A stretch of 64,000 nucleotides of DNA from positions 13,702,001 through 13,766,000 of the forward strand of contig NC_091995.1 of the NCBI RefSeq assembly GCF_044704955.1, given 5' to 3'. Below are positions 62,501 to 64,000 of this stretch, in pieces (positions within the stretch are counted from its first letter, which is position 1; every line of letters begins with the position of its first letter). Source of the DNA: Pristiophorus japonicus. Its lineage: Eukaryota. The notes under the pieces were generated by a model, which did no database searches, had not been told where the DNA came from, and saw only the letters and a list, made by a program, of their open reading frames with translations. The position numbers and the translations under genes were made by a program.

Positions 62501-64000
62501 TAATAAGTTTGTAGACATCCTCTGAATTTAGTTGCTGTTGTATCTATATCCTCCATTCATCCCAATTAGTTTGGTATTTTATCTATAATCTACCTTCTTT
62601 TCAATTATTTACATAGAAAATAGGTGCAGGAGTAGGCTCTTCGGCCCTTCACCCCCATTCAATAAGATCATGGCTGATCATTCCTCTCAGTGCCCCTTTC
62701 CTGCTTTCTCTCCATACCTCTGGTTCCCTTGAGCCGTTAGGGCCATATCTAACTCCCTCTTGAATATATCCAATGAACTGGCATCAACAATTCTGCAGTA
62801 GGGAATTCTTCAGGTTAACAACTCTCTGAGTGAAGAAATTTCTCCTCATCTCAGTCCTAAATGGCCGACCCCTTATCCTAAGACTGTGTCCCCTGGTTCT
62901 GGGCTTCTCCAACATCGGAAACATTCTTCCCGCATCTAACCTGTCCAATCCCGTCAGAATCCTAAACGTTTCTATGAGATTCCCTCTCATCCTTCTAAAC
63001 TCCAGTGTATAAAGGCCCAGATGATCCAGTCTCTCATTAAATGTCAGTCCAGCCATCCCGGGAATCAGTCTGGTGAACCTTCGCTGCACTCCCTCAATAG
63101 CAAGAACGTCCTTGCTCAGTTTAGGAGACCAAAACTGAACACAATATTCCAGGTAAGGCCTCACCAAGGCCCTGTACAATTGCAGTAAGACCTCCCTGCT
63201 CCTATACTCAAATCCCCTCGCAATGAAGGCCAACATGCCATTTGCCTTCTTCACCGCCTGCTGTACCTGCATGCCAACTTTCAGTGACTGATGAACCATG
63301 ACACCCAGGTCTTGTTGCACCTCCCCTTTTCCTAATCTGCCACCATTAGGATAATATTCTGCCTTCATGTTTTTGCCACCAAAGTGGATAACCTCACATT
63401 TATCCACATTATACTCCATCTGCCATGCATTTGTCCACTCACCTAACCTGTCCAAATCACCCTGCAGCCTCTAAGCATCCTCCTAACTGCTCACACTGCC
63501 ACCCAGTTTAGTGTCATCTGCAAACTTGGAGATATTACACTCAATTCCTTCATCCAAATCGTTAATGTATATTGTAAAGAGCTGGGGTCCCAGCACTGAG
63601 CACTGCGGCACTCCACTAGTCACTGCATTCCGAAAAGGACCAGTTTATTCCGACTCTCCGCTTCCTGTCTGCCAACCAATTCTCTATTCATGCCAGTACA
63701 TTATCCCCAATACCATGTGCTTTGATTTGATAGATAGATTTCTAGAAACAAAAGACATCAAGGGGTATGGGGAATATGGTGTTGAGATAGAGGATCAGCC
63801 ATGATCATATTGAATGGTGGTGCAGACTCGAAGGGACGAATGGCCTACTACTGCTCCTATCTTCTCAGTTTCTGTGGGCATAGTCTCAAGATAAGGGGTC
63901 GGCCATTTAAGATTGAGATAAGGAGGACTTTCTTCACTCAGAGGGGTGTGAATATTTTTAATTCTCTAACCCGAAAGGCTTGGGTGCTCAGTCTTTGAGT

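Larger units (their letters stand above)
52591..64000. repeat. ~2.7-kb tandem segmental repeat, at least 4 copies (starts near 52600, 55271, 58010, 62612), continuing past the window
   Basis: Each unit shows the same order and junctions: antisense CR1 3' part, two sense CR1 3' pieces, a non-CR1 segment and a MITE (unit 4 is cut off before the last two). Confidence 0.92.

Noticed and set aside
54712-62525. Repeated ORFs MPGLSAAFP... and MGRQLITP... as a tandem gene family
   Set aside because: They lie within TA-flanked MITE copies, vary in length and end frame between copies, and show no recognisable domain.

Overview
Eukaryotic (vertebrate) genomic DNA. It is most likely from a cartilaginous fish, inferred from the repeat families present: CR1 LINEs with (TTTCTATG)n tails, Deu-domain tRNA SINEs, RTE and L2 LINEs. 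Most of the window is decayed, often nested retroelements. The only convincing host genes are four dispersed, intronless histone genes, each with a histone 3' stem-loop. They are a strongly divergent, Arg- and Cys-rich H1/protamine-like gene (17689-18384, -), an H4 with two substitutions (20512-20823, -), a divergent Cys-containing H2B (36707-37087, +) and an H3.2-like gene with Q125H (38070-38480, +). No H2A was found. The most striking detail is in the H1-like gene: the stem-loop lies inside the ORF and the stop codon ends exactly at the expected U7 cleavage point, with an AATAAA about 100 nt further downstream. Other notable structures are a 43-bp minisatellite built from the CR1 3'-end signal, an RTE with a twin-priming-type inversion and TSD, a gene-less octamer/CCAAT/CHR/E2F promoter island, and a ~2.7-kb tandem segmental repeat (at least 4 copies, running off the window) carrying a TA-flanked Tc1/mariner-type MITE. 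Repeat boundaries were read by eye and are approximate; no database searches were run.
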